Assembly: GCA_963674595.2 (NCBI GenBank)
Contig: CAXXFV010000027.1
Span: 64,001 to 128,000 of the forward strand
Length of the DNA: 64,000 nt
DNA from: a bacterium
GTDB lineage: Bacteria > Zhuqueibacterota > Zhuqueibacteria > Residuimicrobiales > Krinioviventaceae
Direction of reading: 5' to 3'
How positions within the stretch are numbered: position 1 is the first letter of the stretch; the number at the start of each line of letters is the position of its first letter. Of the stretch, positions 52,130-63,107 are shown in pieces. Under the pieces are notes generated by a model. The model did no database searches and had not been told where the DNA came from. It was given only the letters and a program-made list of their open reading frames with translations. The position numbers and the translations under genes were made by a program.

Positions 52130-55003
52130 ATGAACAACTTAATTTCCATTGTACAAAAACAACTGATTCTCCTTTTTGTATTATTCCTGTTACTTCCTGT
52201 TCAAAATATGTTTGCACAAAAAAATCCACAGGACGACAAAATTATCTCTCTGGCCGGAGAGTGGAAAATAAAACTGGACAACAATAATAGCGGTATTCAG
52301 GAAAATTGGTATCTTGAAAATTTTACCGATGTTACAACTTTACCCGGTTCCTGTGTTGAAAATGGTTATGGTAATGATATTTCTTTAGACGCTCAATGGA
52401 CAGGTGATATCATAGATAAATCATGGTATACGGATGCCAAATATGAAAAATACAGAAAACCGGGCACTATCAAAATGCCCTTTTGGCTGAATCCTGTTAA
52501 ACGATATGTCGGACAGGTTTGGTATCAAAAATCGATTCATATTCCGGAAAATTGGCAGGGAAAACGGATCGTGCTTAGTCTTGAAAGATGCCATTGGGAA
52601 ACAAAATTGTGGATTGACGATCACTATGTGGATATGCAAAACAGTCTAAGTACACCGCACTATTTCGACCTGTCCGAATACATAACCAAAGCACATCACA
52701 AAATCACACTGTGTGTGGACAATCGTATAAAAATAAATATTGGCCAAAATTCTCACAGCATCTCCGATCACACACAAACCAACTGGAATGGTGTCATCGG
52801 TAAAATGCAGTTAATAGCGACTGACAAAGTATGGCTGGAAGATGTTCAAATATACCCCGATGTTAAGGGAAAACAAGCTAAAATAACTGTCCGGGTGGGA
52901 AATATAACCGGACATCCTGTAAACGTTCAACTGACTATTAAAGCCCGAACAACAGACACCAGTCCCTCCTCACACGTGGTTTCTGGAGAAACGGTTGACA
53001 TTAATGTTAAAAATAATTTACAAACAACGGATATAATATACTACTTTGGCGATGATGTAAAATTATGGGACGAACTAACTCCGAATCTTTATGATCTGAC
53101 TTTAACATTAAAAAGTGATAAGGCTTTTGATTCAAGGACCATTACATTTGGTATGAGAGACTTTTCCACGCAAGGTACCCAGTTTATTATTAATGGCAGG
53201 AAAACCTTTTTACGCGGGACATTGGAGTGTTGTATTTTTCCACTGACAGGTTATCCTCCTACTGATGTCGAATCATGGATTAACGTTTTAAAAACCGCAA
53301 AAGCCCATGGTTTAAACCACATTCGCTTTCATTCATGGTGCCCGCCGGATGCGGCATTTACAGCAGCCGATCAGCTTGGATTTTTCTATCAAATCGAATG
53401 CGGCGTATGGGCCAACCAGGGAACATCCATAGGAGATGGTCTGGAGGTTGATCGTTTTATCAGAGATGAAAGCGACCGGATTTTAAAAGAATTTGGCAAT
53501 CATCCCTCCTTTTGTTTAATGGCCTATGGGAACGAACCGGCCGGAGAAAATCAAAAAGAGTATTTGGGGGAATTGGTCACCTATTGGAAAAACAAAGATC
53601 CGCGTCATTTGTATACGGGAGCTGCTGCCTGGCCGTTAATTGATGAAAACCAATATCATAACATTCCTGAGCCGAGGATTCAGGCATGGGGCGCCGGATT
53701 AACCAGCAGAGTTAATTCTTCTGCGCATGAAACAGAAACGAATTACAGCGATATTATTGAAAAACACTCCATTCCCGTTATCAGTCATGAAATTGGTCAA
53801 TGGTGTGTCTATCCGGATTTTAGTGAAATTGATCGGTACACCGGCGTATTACGTGCCTATAATTTTGAAATTGCCCGTGACGGCTTGCAAGAAAACGGCA
53901 TGCTGCACCAGGCTGAGGATTTTCTAATGGCTTCCGGTAAACTTCAGGCGCTTTTATACAAAGAGGAAATAGAATCGGCCCTGCGAACGCCGAATTTCGG
54001 TGGATTTCAACTGCTGGATTTACATGACTTTCCCGGTCAGGGCACGGCATTGGTGGGTGTTCTCAACGCATTTTGGGGCGAAAAGGGATATATTACACCT
54101 GAACAATTTCGACAGTTTTGCAGCACAACCGTACCACTTGTAATTTGTGAAAAATTTACATGGACGAATGATGAAAATTTTAAGGCAATTGCCAAAATCG
54201 CCCATTTTGGCGCTCAATCCATATTCAATGCAAAACCAATATGGAGTGTATACAAAGGTAAAGAGCTTGTTTTGTCCGGTGAATTTGAAAAACAGAATAT
54301 TCCAATCGGAAATGAACATGCTCTGGGTGACATCTCTTTCCCTCTCGGTCAGTTGTCGGCACCGTCCAGGTATACACTCTTAATTTCACTGGAAAATACA
54401 ACTATTGAAAATTCATGGGATTTTTGGGTATACCCAAAAACACGTGCACCTATTGATAAAAAAGATATTTACATTTCTCACACTCCTGATAATTTGACAA
54501 AAAACGCCCTGGAAGCCGGAAAAACCGTACTATTATTAATTAATCCGGATAACGTTGCCGGAGATGTGCCTCAAGGGTTTTCTTCAATATTTTGGAATAC
54601 AGCCTGGACAAACAAACAAGCACCACATACATTGGGTATCCTCTGCGATCCCTCACATCCCATATTTGCTGAATTTCCGACCGATTTTCATAGTAACTGG
54701 CAATGGTGGGACATAAATGTTCACTCAAAAAGTATGATTTTATCTCAACTGCCTCATGAATTAACACCTATTATCCAGGTCATTGATGACTGGAACACAA
54801 ACAGAAAACTCGGTCTTTTGTTTGAAGCTCGGATTGGCAAAGGCAAAATTCTAGTTTGTTCAATTGATTTTAACGATAATATCAAAAACAGGCCCGTATC
54901 AAAACAGCTTGAGTATAGTCTATTCAACTATATAAACAGTCCGCAATTTCAACCGAAAACAAATATCTCTTTTGATAAGTTAAAATCATTAATAAAAAGT
55001 TGA
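52130..55003 (+). CDS. Glycoside hydrolase family 2
   Basis: SLAGEW, NHIRFHSW, NHPS..GNE (acid/base), HEIG (nucleophile); AGGAG RBS. Confidence 0.9.
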   Translation: MNNLISIVQKQLILLFVLFLLLPVQNMFAQKNPQDDKIISLAGEWKIKLDNNNSGIQENWYLENFTDVTTLPGSCVENGYGNDISLDAQWTGDIIDKSWYTDAKYEKYRKPGTIKMPFWLNPVKRYVGQVWYQKSIHIPENWQGKRIVLSLERCHWETKLWIDDHYVDMQNSLSTPHYFDLSEYITKAHHKITLCVDNRIKINIGQNSHSISDHTQTNWNGVIGKMQLIATDKVWLEDVQIYPDVKGKQAKITVRVGNITGHPVNVQLTIKARTTDTSPSSHVVSGETVDINVKNNLQTTDIIYYFGDDVKLWDELTPNLYDLTLTLKSDKAFDSRTITFGMRDFSTQGTQFIINGRKTFLRGTLECCIFPLTGYPPTDVESWINVLKTAKAHGLNHIRFHSWCPPDAAFTAADQLGFFYQIECGVWANQGTSIGDGLEVDRFIRDESDRILKEFGNHPSFCLMAYGNEPAGENQKEYLGELVTYWKNKDPRHLYTGAAAWPLIDENQYHNIPEPRIQAWGAGLTSRVNSSAHETETNYSDIIEKHSIPVISHEIGQWCVYPDFSEIDRYTGVLRAYNFEIARDGLQENGMLHQAEDFLMASGKLQALLYKEEIESALRTPNFGGFQLLDLHDFPGQGTALVGVLNAFWGEKGYITPEQFRQFCSTTVPLVICEKFTWTNDENFKAIAKIAHFGAQSIFNAKPIWSVYKGKELVLSGEFEKQNIPIGNEHALGDISFPLGQLSAPSRYTLLISLENTTIENSWDFWVYPKTRAPIDKKDIYISHTPDNLTKNALEAGKTVLLLINPDNVAGDVPQGFSSIFWNTAWTNKQAPHTLGILCDPSHPIFAEFPTDFHSNWQWWDINVHSKSMILSQLPHELTPIIQVIDDWNTNRKLGLLFEARIGKGKILVCSIDFNDNIKNRPVSKQLEYSLFNYINSPQFQPKTNISFDKLKSLIKS

Positions 55004-55124
55004 TCTGTTTTTATAATTATATTACTGTAATCTCCTGATTTTTAAAAAATAAAAACACTTGATTCCTGATAATAGAATTTTTATACTTTTCAAATTATTA
55101 AAATAAAAAAAGAAAAATAGATAT

Positions 55125-55862
55125 ATGCGAGCAATGATCCTTGCGGCTGGTTTTGGTACCCGGCTTGTACCTTTAACAGACTCGGTACCAAAAGCACTTG
55201 TGCAAATTAAAAATAAAACTTTACTGGAAATTCTGGTTGGCCGGCTTGAAAAAGCCGGTTTTTCAGAAATTGTGATAAACGGCCACTATTTATCCCAGCA
55301 AATTGAGGATTATGTCCGATTTTTACAGGAAAGATATGAGTGCAAAATTTCCTATTCTCACGAAAAAGAAATTTTGGATACTGGCGGGGGTATAAAAAAG
55401 ATGCTTGAATATTTTAAAGGTCCGAAACCGATTCTGGTCCATAATGTGGATGTATTAACCGACCTGGATTATAAAAGAATGATTGATTATCATATCGAAA
55501 ATAAATGCCGGGCAACTCTTGCTGTTAAATCGATAACATCTGATAGAAATTTGTGGTTTGATAAATCTATGCATCTATGCGGGAAAAGAGAACCGGGGCA
55601 GTTTCAGGATTTATCCTGCGAACCGGATGGAAAAATAACGCCCTACGAATTTTGTGGAATTCAGGTCATTTCACCCGATCTGTTTAAAGAAAATGATTCA
55701 ATAAAATTTTCCAGCATAACTCTTTATCTGCATCAAGCCAGACAAGGTCAAATCATAAAGGGGTTTCCTATTGATGAATATTATTGGCGGGACGTCGGTA
55801 CCCACTCGGATTTACAACAAGCGGAAACCGACGTTAACGATGGTATATATTTTGTAAATTAA
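55125..55862 (+). CDS. Sugar-phosphate nucleotidyltransferase (MurU-like)
   Basis: AMILAAGFGTRL, PKAL, LDTGGG, HNVD, WRDVGT. Confidence 0.88.
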   Translation: MRAMILAAGFGTRLVPLTDSVPKALVQIKNKTLLEILVGRLEKAGFSEIVINGHYLSQQIEDYVRFLQERYECKISYSHEKEILDTGGGIKKMLEYFKGPKPILVHNVDVLTDLDYKRMIDYHIENKCRATLAVKSITSDRNLWFDKSMHLCGKREPGQFQDLSCEPDGKITPYEFCGIQVISPDLFKENDSIKFSSITLYLHQARQGQIIKGFPIDEYYWRDVGTHSDLQQAETDVNDGIYFVN

Positions 55863-55875
55863 ATGTTCGAAACTA

Positions 55876-57873
55876 TTATGCTTTAAAAACCGGTTTTCCG
55901 TCCATTTCAGCCGGCACATCCAATCCAAATGAGTTTATAATAGACGGGGCCAGGTCCCAGATTGCCGGTTTTGGCGCACCGACTTCTTTATTGGTAATTA
56001 ACGTACCAGGAACGATAGACCAATCCATACAATGATCTGCAGACCATTTATCTATCCGGTCACCCACAACTTCTTTCGGAAACTTGCCGAGAACCGCTTC
56101 ATCTGAAATTCTGTATCCACTTGCATAACCGACAATGATATCCGGCGCAATATCCAAAAACGGGCCTGAATATATTTCATGCGAGTCATATGCTTTTATA
56201 ACCATTCTTTTCCCGGTTTTCGGATCTCGAACGTCTTCAAGTTTCTCAATAATCTCTTTTTTAATTTTGGTGGCTTCACGCGGCATAACAGAACCGTATG
56301 TATCTCTGCCGTATAAATTCAAATAAATCCCGTTGAGTCCCATTGCGTAGGCTTTGGTTTTGCTCCAGTCCACATAATCATAATAACTGCTGTCATACAG
56401 TTTATCTTTATCGGTAGCTGCCATAAAATCATTTTCAGCAAGCCATGTACTCAGGTGAAATTCACGACCAAAAGGCGCAAAACCATGATCTGACATAATC
56501 ATCAGGGTGCTTGAGCTGTCCATTTTTGCCAAGGTTTGTTTGGCAATATCATCCATTTGTTTATAAAAATAATAAACAGCGTCTTTGGCTTCCTTGCTGG
56601 CATCCGGTTCATACAGCGGATGTGACGGGTCCATATCTCTCCACATCATATGCGTATTTTGATCTATACTGGAAAAATAGAAAAAGAAAAATCCTTCATT
56701 AAACTGATTAAATTCATACTCAAAAGCATTTCGTCGCTCTTCCAAAACAAGTTTGGATTGTTTTAAAAATTCTTCGTTGCTGAATATACCGTGAGATAAT
56801 GCTTTGGTATCTTCCGGGAATCCCTGGGTGTAAAACCGTCCGATGGCCTGGGACAATTCTTTGGAATAGGAAGAGTTTCCAGAAATAGGCAATGTCGGGT
56901 CCATTGGATCAATATTAATAGGTGACATGTAAACCTGTAAATAGGGATGGACCTGTTTTACATAAATACGCACCATACCGCTCACACCGGCAAACATGGG
57001 CAAAAGTTCAAATTTTAATGGAACCCATTCCGACCACTCTCCCTGACGCAGCAGAATTTCATGATCCTGAATGGATATTTTTACCGTTTTGTCCCATGGA
57101 TCACGAAATATCGTAAAATCAACAGTCGTATTGCTATTGTCATTACGGAAAGAGTTTATCGGTCCTTCCAGTTTGCTTTTAAAAGTATGGTTCTCTGAAG
57201 ATAGTTTAACGACTCGTCCTCCTGAAAATTTTTCCGCATCGGGAACATCTGTTTGTGAAAAAAACGTAAATGTTCCATAGGAACCGAGTAAATCCGGCGT
57301 ACCCATACCGCTTATCATATTTGCCTTGTGATCAACAACCGGGAAATTAGCCGGAAGTTTAAATAATGAGGCCGGAATGTTGTTGTTTTCCAAAACATTC
57401 CAAAAAGCGGGTCCGCGACGCAATAATTCAACTTTACCACCTTTGAGTGGAATGGACCACTTTCCCATATTTAAACTTTTATCAGAACCGAAACTACGTG
57501 AAGTCGATAAATAAGGTGTAAATGTGGAAACGTCCCGATGGATAAAATCATAAATACCATGACCGCCGGGATTAGTGCCACTGATAAAACTTGACCATGC
57601 TACCGGACTTTGCGGCGGCATAGTTGTTTGTAATGGTCCGAAATATCCTTTTTCAAACAGCTTTTTAAAAGTCGGCATCTCTCCTTTTTGAACAAATTTT
57701 CTCAGCAAAACAGGGTCCATACCGTCTATACCAAGCACGATCACTTTGTTTGCTATTTTTGAATTTTTAATATGCGGTGCGGCGGTTAAATATTGTGATA
57801 CAGGAGACGCAGCAGTCAGAAAAGCTGCTCCCTGCAATGATCTTTTTAAAAATTGTCTTCTGTTATAATCCAT
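55876..57873 (-). CDS. Tat-exported alkaline phosphatase superfamily / type I phosphodiesterase
   Basis: NRRQFLK, VLGIDGMD, SPVAWSS, MSDHGF, WSADH. Confidence 0.88.
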   Translation of the reverse strand: MDYNRRQFLKRSLQGAAFLTAASPVSQYLTAAPHIKNSKIANKVIVLGIDGMDPVLLRKFVQKGEMPTFKKLFEKGYFGPLQTTMPPQSPVAWSSFISGTNPGGHGIYDFIHRDVSTFTPYLSTSRSFGSDKSLNMGKWSIPLKGGKVELLRRGPAFWNVLENNNIPASLFKLPANFPVVDHKANMISGMGTPDLLGSYGTFTFFSQTDVPDAEKFSGGRVVKLSSENHTFKSKLEGPINSFRNDNSNTTVDFTIFRDPWDKTVKISIQDHEILLRQGEWSEWVPLKFELLPMFAGVSGMVRIYVKQVHPYLQVYMSPINIDPMDPTLPISGNSSYSKELSQAIGRFYTQGFPEDTKALSHGIFSNEEFLKQSKLVLEERRNAFEYEFNQFNEGFFFFYFSSIDQNTHMMWRDMDPSHPLYEPDASKEAKDAVYYFYKQMDDIAKQTLAKMDSSSTLMIMSDHGFAPFGREFHLSTWLAENDFMAATDKDKLYDSSYYDYVDWSKTKAYAMGLNGIYLNLYGRDTYGSVMPREATKIKKEIIEKLEDVRDPKTGKRMVIKAYDSHEIYSGPFLDIAPDIIVGYASGYRISDEAVLGKFPKEVVGDRIDKWSADHCMDWSIVPGTLITNKEVGAPKPAIWDLAPSIINSFGLDVPAEMDGKPVFKA

Positions 57874-58015
57874 AATTTATTATTCCGTGTTCGTCAGTAT
57901 TATATATTGATGAAAATATTAACATATCAGTTAAACGGGTTATTCCCGTCTGCATAAGGTTATTAATTTAAAAAATTTCTACGTATAAGGCAATTATTTA
58001 GTTTTTAATAAAATA

Positions 58016-58921
58016 TTAAAAAAAGGCATTGTATAAATAGCCAAGAATAACTGCACCGGAAAGTGTAATTATTAAATAAATTAACAACAATTTTGTTCCA
58101 AGAGTTTGTCTAAAAACAAACAATGTTGACAGTTTTGTCGCCGGGCCGGCAATAAAAAAGGCCAATATAGCCCCGGAAGCCATCCCCATATCAGCAAGAA
58201 CATGCATTACCGGTATGGACGCCCCACCACATGAATAAAACGGCACCCCAAGTCCCACACCTATTAAGACGGAAAAACTCTTGTTCATTCCCACAGTTTT
58301 CACAATCCAGTCAGCAGGAACCAGTACCCGTACCATTGAACTGATAAAAAGGGCAATTAAAAAATATGGAGTGATATATTTGATATGCGCCAAAACTTCA
58401 TTTATAAAGGTTCGTTTTGTCTTAAAAACAACTTTTCCATCGTCAATAATAACATTGGTTAAAGATATTTTCTCATGTAATACTTTAATTAAATATCCAC
58501 CTGTTACGCCTAAAAGCCAGGCGCTGGTTGTTCTTGCCAAAGCGAGCGGCCATCCGAGGACACCGGCTGTTAAAATAATCAAGTTGGGATTGATTAACGG
58601 AGAGGCAATTACAAATGCGATAACTGTCGGCAGGGAAAATCCTCTTTTAATCAACACGGCGCCGATGGGTAAGACAACATAAGTACCAAGTGGTGATAAA
58701 ATTCCTAAAAAAGCGCTGATACAGAGCGATAAAAAATTATTCTTTTTAAATAATTGAATTTTATCAATATGATAAAAGAATCTTGTTAAAAAAGCAGCTA
58801 AAAATATCCCTATCACAAAATATGGAAGCACCAGAAGAAAAAGCTCCCAAAAAGTAACAAAAATTTTCCAGGTAAAGGTTCGTTGAAAAGTGTAATAAAA
58901 ATGCCAAAACCAGTCGGGCAT
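58016..58921 (-). CDS. DUF318/ArsP-family permease
   Basis: Duplicated helical halves, ASPLINP, VPFYSCG, FFIAGP. Confidence 0.85.
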   Translation of the reverse strand: MPDWFWHFYYTFQRTFTWKIFVTFWELFLLVLPYFVIGIFLAAFLTRFFYHIDKIQLFKKNNFLSLCISAFLGILSPLGTYVVLPIGAVLIKRGFSLPTVIAFVIASPLINPNLIILTAGVLGWPLALARTTSAWLLGVTGGYLIKVLHEKISLTNVIIDDGKVVFKTKRTFINEVLAHIKYITPYFLIALFISSMVRVLVPADWIVKTVGMNKSFSVLIGVGLGVPFYSCGGASIPVMHVLADMGMASGAILAFFIAGPATKLSTLFVFRQTLGTKLLLIYLIITLSGAVILGYLYNAFF

Positions 58922-58922
58922 G

Positions 58923-61175
58923 TTAATTTGTAACCTTTTCTTGTAAATTATCAGGTTCAAATACAGGGCGAAATACAACTGTTGCCAAAGGCGGAACGAT
59001 TATATTTATAGAATGGGGTAAATAGTGCCATTCTTTATTCTCACTTGCCAGGCCGCCGCTATTGCCCTTGTTACTTCCACCGTATATTTCCGCATCCGTA
59101 TTTAAAATTTCCTTATAAAAAGCTTTATAGGGAACACCAACACGATAGTTTTCTCTGTAAACAGGTGTAAAATTGCAGACAAATATCAAAATATCATGAG
59201 GATCGTTTGATTTGCGAATAAAGGAAATAATACTGTTCTCGGAATCCTGAAAATCGATCCATTGAAATCCCTTTGAATGCACATCGTTTTCATACAAGGC
59301 CGGTTCCTGCTTATATAGTTTGTTCAAATCAGAAACCAACAGTTGCAAATTTTTATGCGAATCATATTCCACCAAATGCCAGTCAATACTTTTAGCTTCG
59401 TCCCATTCATCCCATTGCCCAAATTCACTGCCCATAAATAACAATTTTTTACCGGGATGACCATACATAAACGCATACAATGTGCGTAAATTAGCAAACT
59501 TTTGCCATATATCTCCGGGCATTTTGTCCAACATGGCCCTTTTACCATGTACCACCTCATCATGGCTGAGAACCAGCGTAAAATTTTCATGAAAAGCATA
59601 TAATAGCGCAAAGGTAATCATGTTGTGATGAAATTTACGATGCACAGGGTCTTTGGAAAAATAGGTCAGAAAATCATGCATCCAGCCCATATTCCATTTT
59701 AAATTAAATCCCAAACCATTTGCATAAGTCGGCTTGGAAACGCCCGGCCAGGCAGTAGATTCTTCGGCAACCATTAAAGCACCGGGAAAATAACTAAAAA
59801 TCAGCTCATTCAATCTTTTTATAAAGTCAATTGCTTCCAGATTTTCACGTCCGCCAAATTTATTGGGCAGCCATTCACCCTGTTCACGGGAATAATCAAG
59901 ATAAAGCATGGAAGCAACGGCATCAACCCGCAATCCGTCAATATGATATTTATCAAACCAGAAAAGAGCATTGGCAATAAGAAAATTTCTGACTTCATTT
60001 CTCCCATAATTAAATATCAATGTGCCCCAGTCCATATGCTCCCCAAGACGGGGATCCGAGTGTTCGTATAAATGACTTCCGTCAAAATAGGCCAATCCAT
60101 GATCATCTTTGGGGAAATGGGCCGGTACCCAGTCCAATATTACGCCAATATCGTTTTTATGACAATGATCAACAAAATATTGAAAATCGGCCGGTGTACC
60201 AAATCGAGATGTCGGCGCAAAATAACCGGTCACCTGATATCCCCATGACGCATCCAGCGGATGTTCGGCTACAGGAAGCAGTTCAACATGGGTAAAATTC
60301 ATATATTTTACATATTCTACAAGATCGTGTGCGAGCTCTCTATAGTTTAAAAACCCGTCTTCATTCTCGTATTTTTTCTTCCATGAGCCCAAATGAACTT
60401 CGTATATAGAAATCGGTTCCTGCAACGTATCCGCATGTCGTCGTTTTTCAAGCCATACCGTATCATTCCATTCATATGAATTTATATCAGCAACAACAGA
60501 TGCTGTTTTCGGACGTTTTTCATACTGAAATCCATAAGGATCAGTTTTGATAAAAAACTTTCCATTCCTGTCTTTAATTTCATATTTATAAGTCTCGCCA
60601 AGACCAATTCCGGGAATGAATAATTCCCATATACCGGATGACCCTAAAACCCGCATTTGGTGTTTACCACCGTGCCATTGATTAAAGTCACCAAGCACAC
60701 TAACATTTCTTGCATTTGGCGCCCATACGGCAAAATAAACCCCTTCAACACCGTCAACGGTACGAACATGTGCTCCAAGCTTTTCATAAATTTTGTGATG
60801 GTCGCCTGCACCGAAAAGATATAAATCAGTATCATCAAGCTGGGGCAGAAAAAAATAAGGATCAAAAATATATCGTTCATGTCCATTATGTGCGATCACA
60901 CGAAAACGATAGTTTTTGAGTTTTTTCCATTCCGGAAGCTGGAGTTCAAAAAAATGTTCGTTAAAAACAGACGGCATTTTGGTTTCTTTTTTGGAATCCA
61001 GTTCTTCAAGGTACACCTGCTTTGCATCCGGCAGCCAGGTACGAATAACCCATACTTTTTTTCGTCCGACTTTAATTTGATGCGGGCCTAAAATTTGAAA
61101 GGGATCGTGATATAGGTTTTGAGCAATTTGCTCAACTTGATCTATCGAAATACTTGGTTCAGGGTTTGTTTTCAT
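58923..61175 (-). CDS. glgB: 1,4-alpha-glucan branching enzyme
   Basis: FAVWAPNA, YEVHLGSW, SWGYQ, DWVPAHFP, RVDAVASM, AEEST, SHDEVVHGK. Confidence 0.97.
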   Translation of the reverse strand: MKTNPEPSISIDQVEQIAQNLYHDPFQILGPHQIKVGRKKVWVIRTWLPDAKQVYLEELDSKKETKMPSVFNEHFFELQLPEWKKLKNYRFRVIAHNGHERYIFDPYFFLPQLDDTDLYLFGAGDHHKIYEKLGAHVRTVDGVEGVYFAVWAPNARNVSVLGDFNQWHGGKHQMRVLGSSGIWELFIPGIGLGETYKYEIKDRNGKFFIKTDPYGFQYEKRPKTASVVADINSYEWNDTVWLEKRRHADTLQEPISIYEVHLGSWKKKYENEDGFLNYRELAHDLVEYVKYMNFTHVELLPVAEHPLDASWGYQVTGYFAPTSRFGTPADFQYFVDHCHKNDIGVILDWVPAHFPKDDHGLAYFDGSHLYEHSDPRLGEHMDWGTLIFNYGRNEVRNFLIANALFWFDKYHIDGLRVDAVASMLYLDYSREQGEWLPNKFGGRENLEAIDFIKRLNELIFSYFPGALMVAEESTAWPGVSKPTYANGLGFNLKWNMGWMHDFLTYFSKDPVHRKFHHNMITFALLYAFHENFTLVLSHDEVVHGKRAMLDKMPGDIWQKFANLRTLYAFMYGHPGKKLLFMGSEFGQWDEWDEAKSIDWHLVEYDSHKNLQLLVSDLNKLYKQEPALYENDVHSKGFQWIDFQDSENSIISFIRKSNDPHDILIFVCNFTPVYRENYRVGVPYKAFYKEILNTDAEIYGGSNKGNSGGLASENKEWHYLPHSINIIVPPLATVVFRPVFEPDNLQEKVTN

Positions 61176-61203
61176 TTAAATACCATTTTATACAATTTTT
61201 TGT

Positions 61204-62176
61204 TTATTTTTTTGGAGATGCTACGACAAGAGCATGGTCTCCTTTCAGGAGTTTTAATTTAACAGCCAGTTTATCAAAATTTTTCAAACATTTTAAAAAA
61301 GCGTATTTTAAAAATCCGGGTAATTTTACATCACCGGCGATTGCTGCCCGATAGCCGATGCCTGTATGGTATGTTATTGATTTAAAATCGAATAAATTGT
61401 TTGCCGTTTCAATTATTGTGCTGGTGTGAATTTCTTCAAAAGGTGAACGGTCCGCCATTTCTTGGTGTATTTTTTGTGCACCTGAAAAGGCGTATTTTGC
61501 TTTTTTGCAATAACTCATAAATGTCGGTAAAATAAAGTATATGCCGCCGCCCAACATACGACCGGACCAGTTGCATTCCCACGTTATCTGAAAAAATAAA
61601 CAATCCATCTGGTTTCAGGGCTTTGTTTATTTGCTGCATAAAACGTTCTAGTAGTAAAATATGGTGCAGTCCGTCCCAGGCAATAACCATATCATAGCTG
61701 TTTTCATCTAATTCGATTTTGTTTAAATCAGCGACTGAATAGTTTAGACTGCCAAAATTATCTTTATATGGGTTTTCCTCTGCAAATTTTTTCGCAATAT
61801 CTATCGCGCCTTTACTAATATCAATACCGTGCACAAGGTGTCCGTTACGGGCCAGTTCCAGACAAAGTCCGCCTGGTCCGCATGTAGGCACTAAAATTCG
61901 ACTGGACGGATATTGGTTTACTGTATGAAAAACAAAGTCATACAGATCGCCATTCATAATACGTTCGGAAACAGGATCATAAATTTGCTGCTGGGGCAGG
62001 CCGTCTCCCCTGTCAACGTGAATTTTCTCAGCACGCCGCATGTCAGCAGAGAAAGGAATACCACTATCCACAGCTTGTTGTATTTCCTGTCCCCAATAAG
62101 CGCTCTCTTTTTCACAAGCCTGGAGATATTTTTCGCTGTTAATATCAAAAAGATTATTTTGTGTTTGATCTTTCAT
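61204..62176 (-). CDS. Class I SAM-dependent methyltransferase (frameshift near 61570)
   Basis: TCGPGG, GIDIS, ADLN, LHHI, LKPDG; continues in the 61204-61608 frame. Confidence 0.8.
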
Positions 62177-62177
62177 T

Positions 62178-62810
62178 CTAATCTTCCGATAGAAAAAATA
62201 CAACACCAATAGTAATATTTATATCTTCAGCATCAGTTTCAAATGTTTGGCCATCATTTTCAGTTTTAACAGCACCGGGAATTTTTTGATATTTGAAACT
62301 TATATCAATATGCGGCCCAAGACCTATATCAACAAGTGTTCCAGCTGTTATTGTGTAACCAAATTTGGTCGAACTTGCCCTTGTTCGAGATACAGCATAG
62401 CCTGTATAGTAATAAAGTTCAGGATTAGAATCAACTGTCCTGTAAATGTAAAGGCCACCCATGGGTGCTAAATATAATGTAAAACGTCCCTTTTTTTGAT
62501 TAATCTGTGGACCGGCTGTGAATTGAAAAGATTCGTTACGTGTCGTTAAAGTAGCACCATAATTATAGTCCGAATATCGTCTTTCTCCATAAGATATATA
62601 AACAATATCAAGACGCGGTTGTAATATATCCGTATTATAAAGTCGGTATAAAACTTTAACACCCAGACCTTCTCCAGTCTTTGAAATAGTTTTCAATTCA
62701 GATTGAGGAAAAGATACAACTGCATGAGGACCGACAGCCCATCGTCCATCCTGAGCCTGTACGAAAGAAAATAAAATAAAAACAAAAAACAGAGTCAAAA
62801 ACCTGGACAT
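62178..62810 (-). CDS. Outer-membrane beta-barrel protein (OmpA/PorT-like)
   Basis: Signal peptide, about 8 amphipathic strands, ITIGVVF near the C-terminus. Confidence 0.75.
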   Translation of the reverse strand: MSRFLTLFFVFILFSFVQAQDGRWAVGPHAVVSFPQSELKTISKTGEGLGVKVLYRLYNTDILQPRLDIVYISYGERRYSDYNYGATLTTRNESFQFTAGPQINQKKGRFTLYLAPMGGLYIYRTVDSNPELYYYTGYAVSRTRASSTKFGYTITAGTLVDIGLGPHIDISFKYQKIPGAVKTENDGQTFETDAEDINITIGVVFFLSED

Positions 62811-63043
62811 TTGAATCTCCTATTCTTAAAAAATCCGGTTGTATTTTCTTAATTTTAAAATAATTGAATTAAAAAATCAATTTATTTAGTAATAACTATA
62901 TCAAGTTACTGAACTAAAAAATAAAAACCGATCATTTTAATTCTTTATTTCCAGATTTTGCAGTTAAGCATATATAATCAAATTAACAAAAAGAAAACAG
63001 TTCTCCAAGTATTAATCTATAACAATATAAATTTTAATAACAG

Positions 63044-63070
63044 AAAAGCCACCACAATAAATGTGGTGGC
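63044..63070 (-). terminator. Intrinsic terminator of the tricorn gene
   Basis: Minus strand GCCACCACA-TTTAT-TGTGGTGGC-TTTT. Confidence 0.8.
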
Positions 63071-63107
63071 CCATTAATTTTAACACTTTTAACTAATAAA
63101 AATTGCG

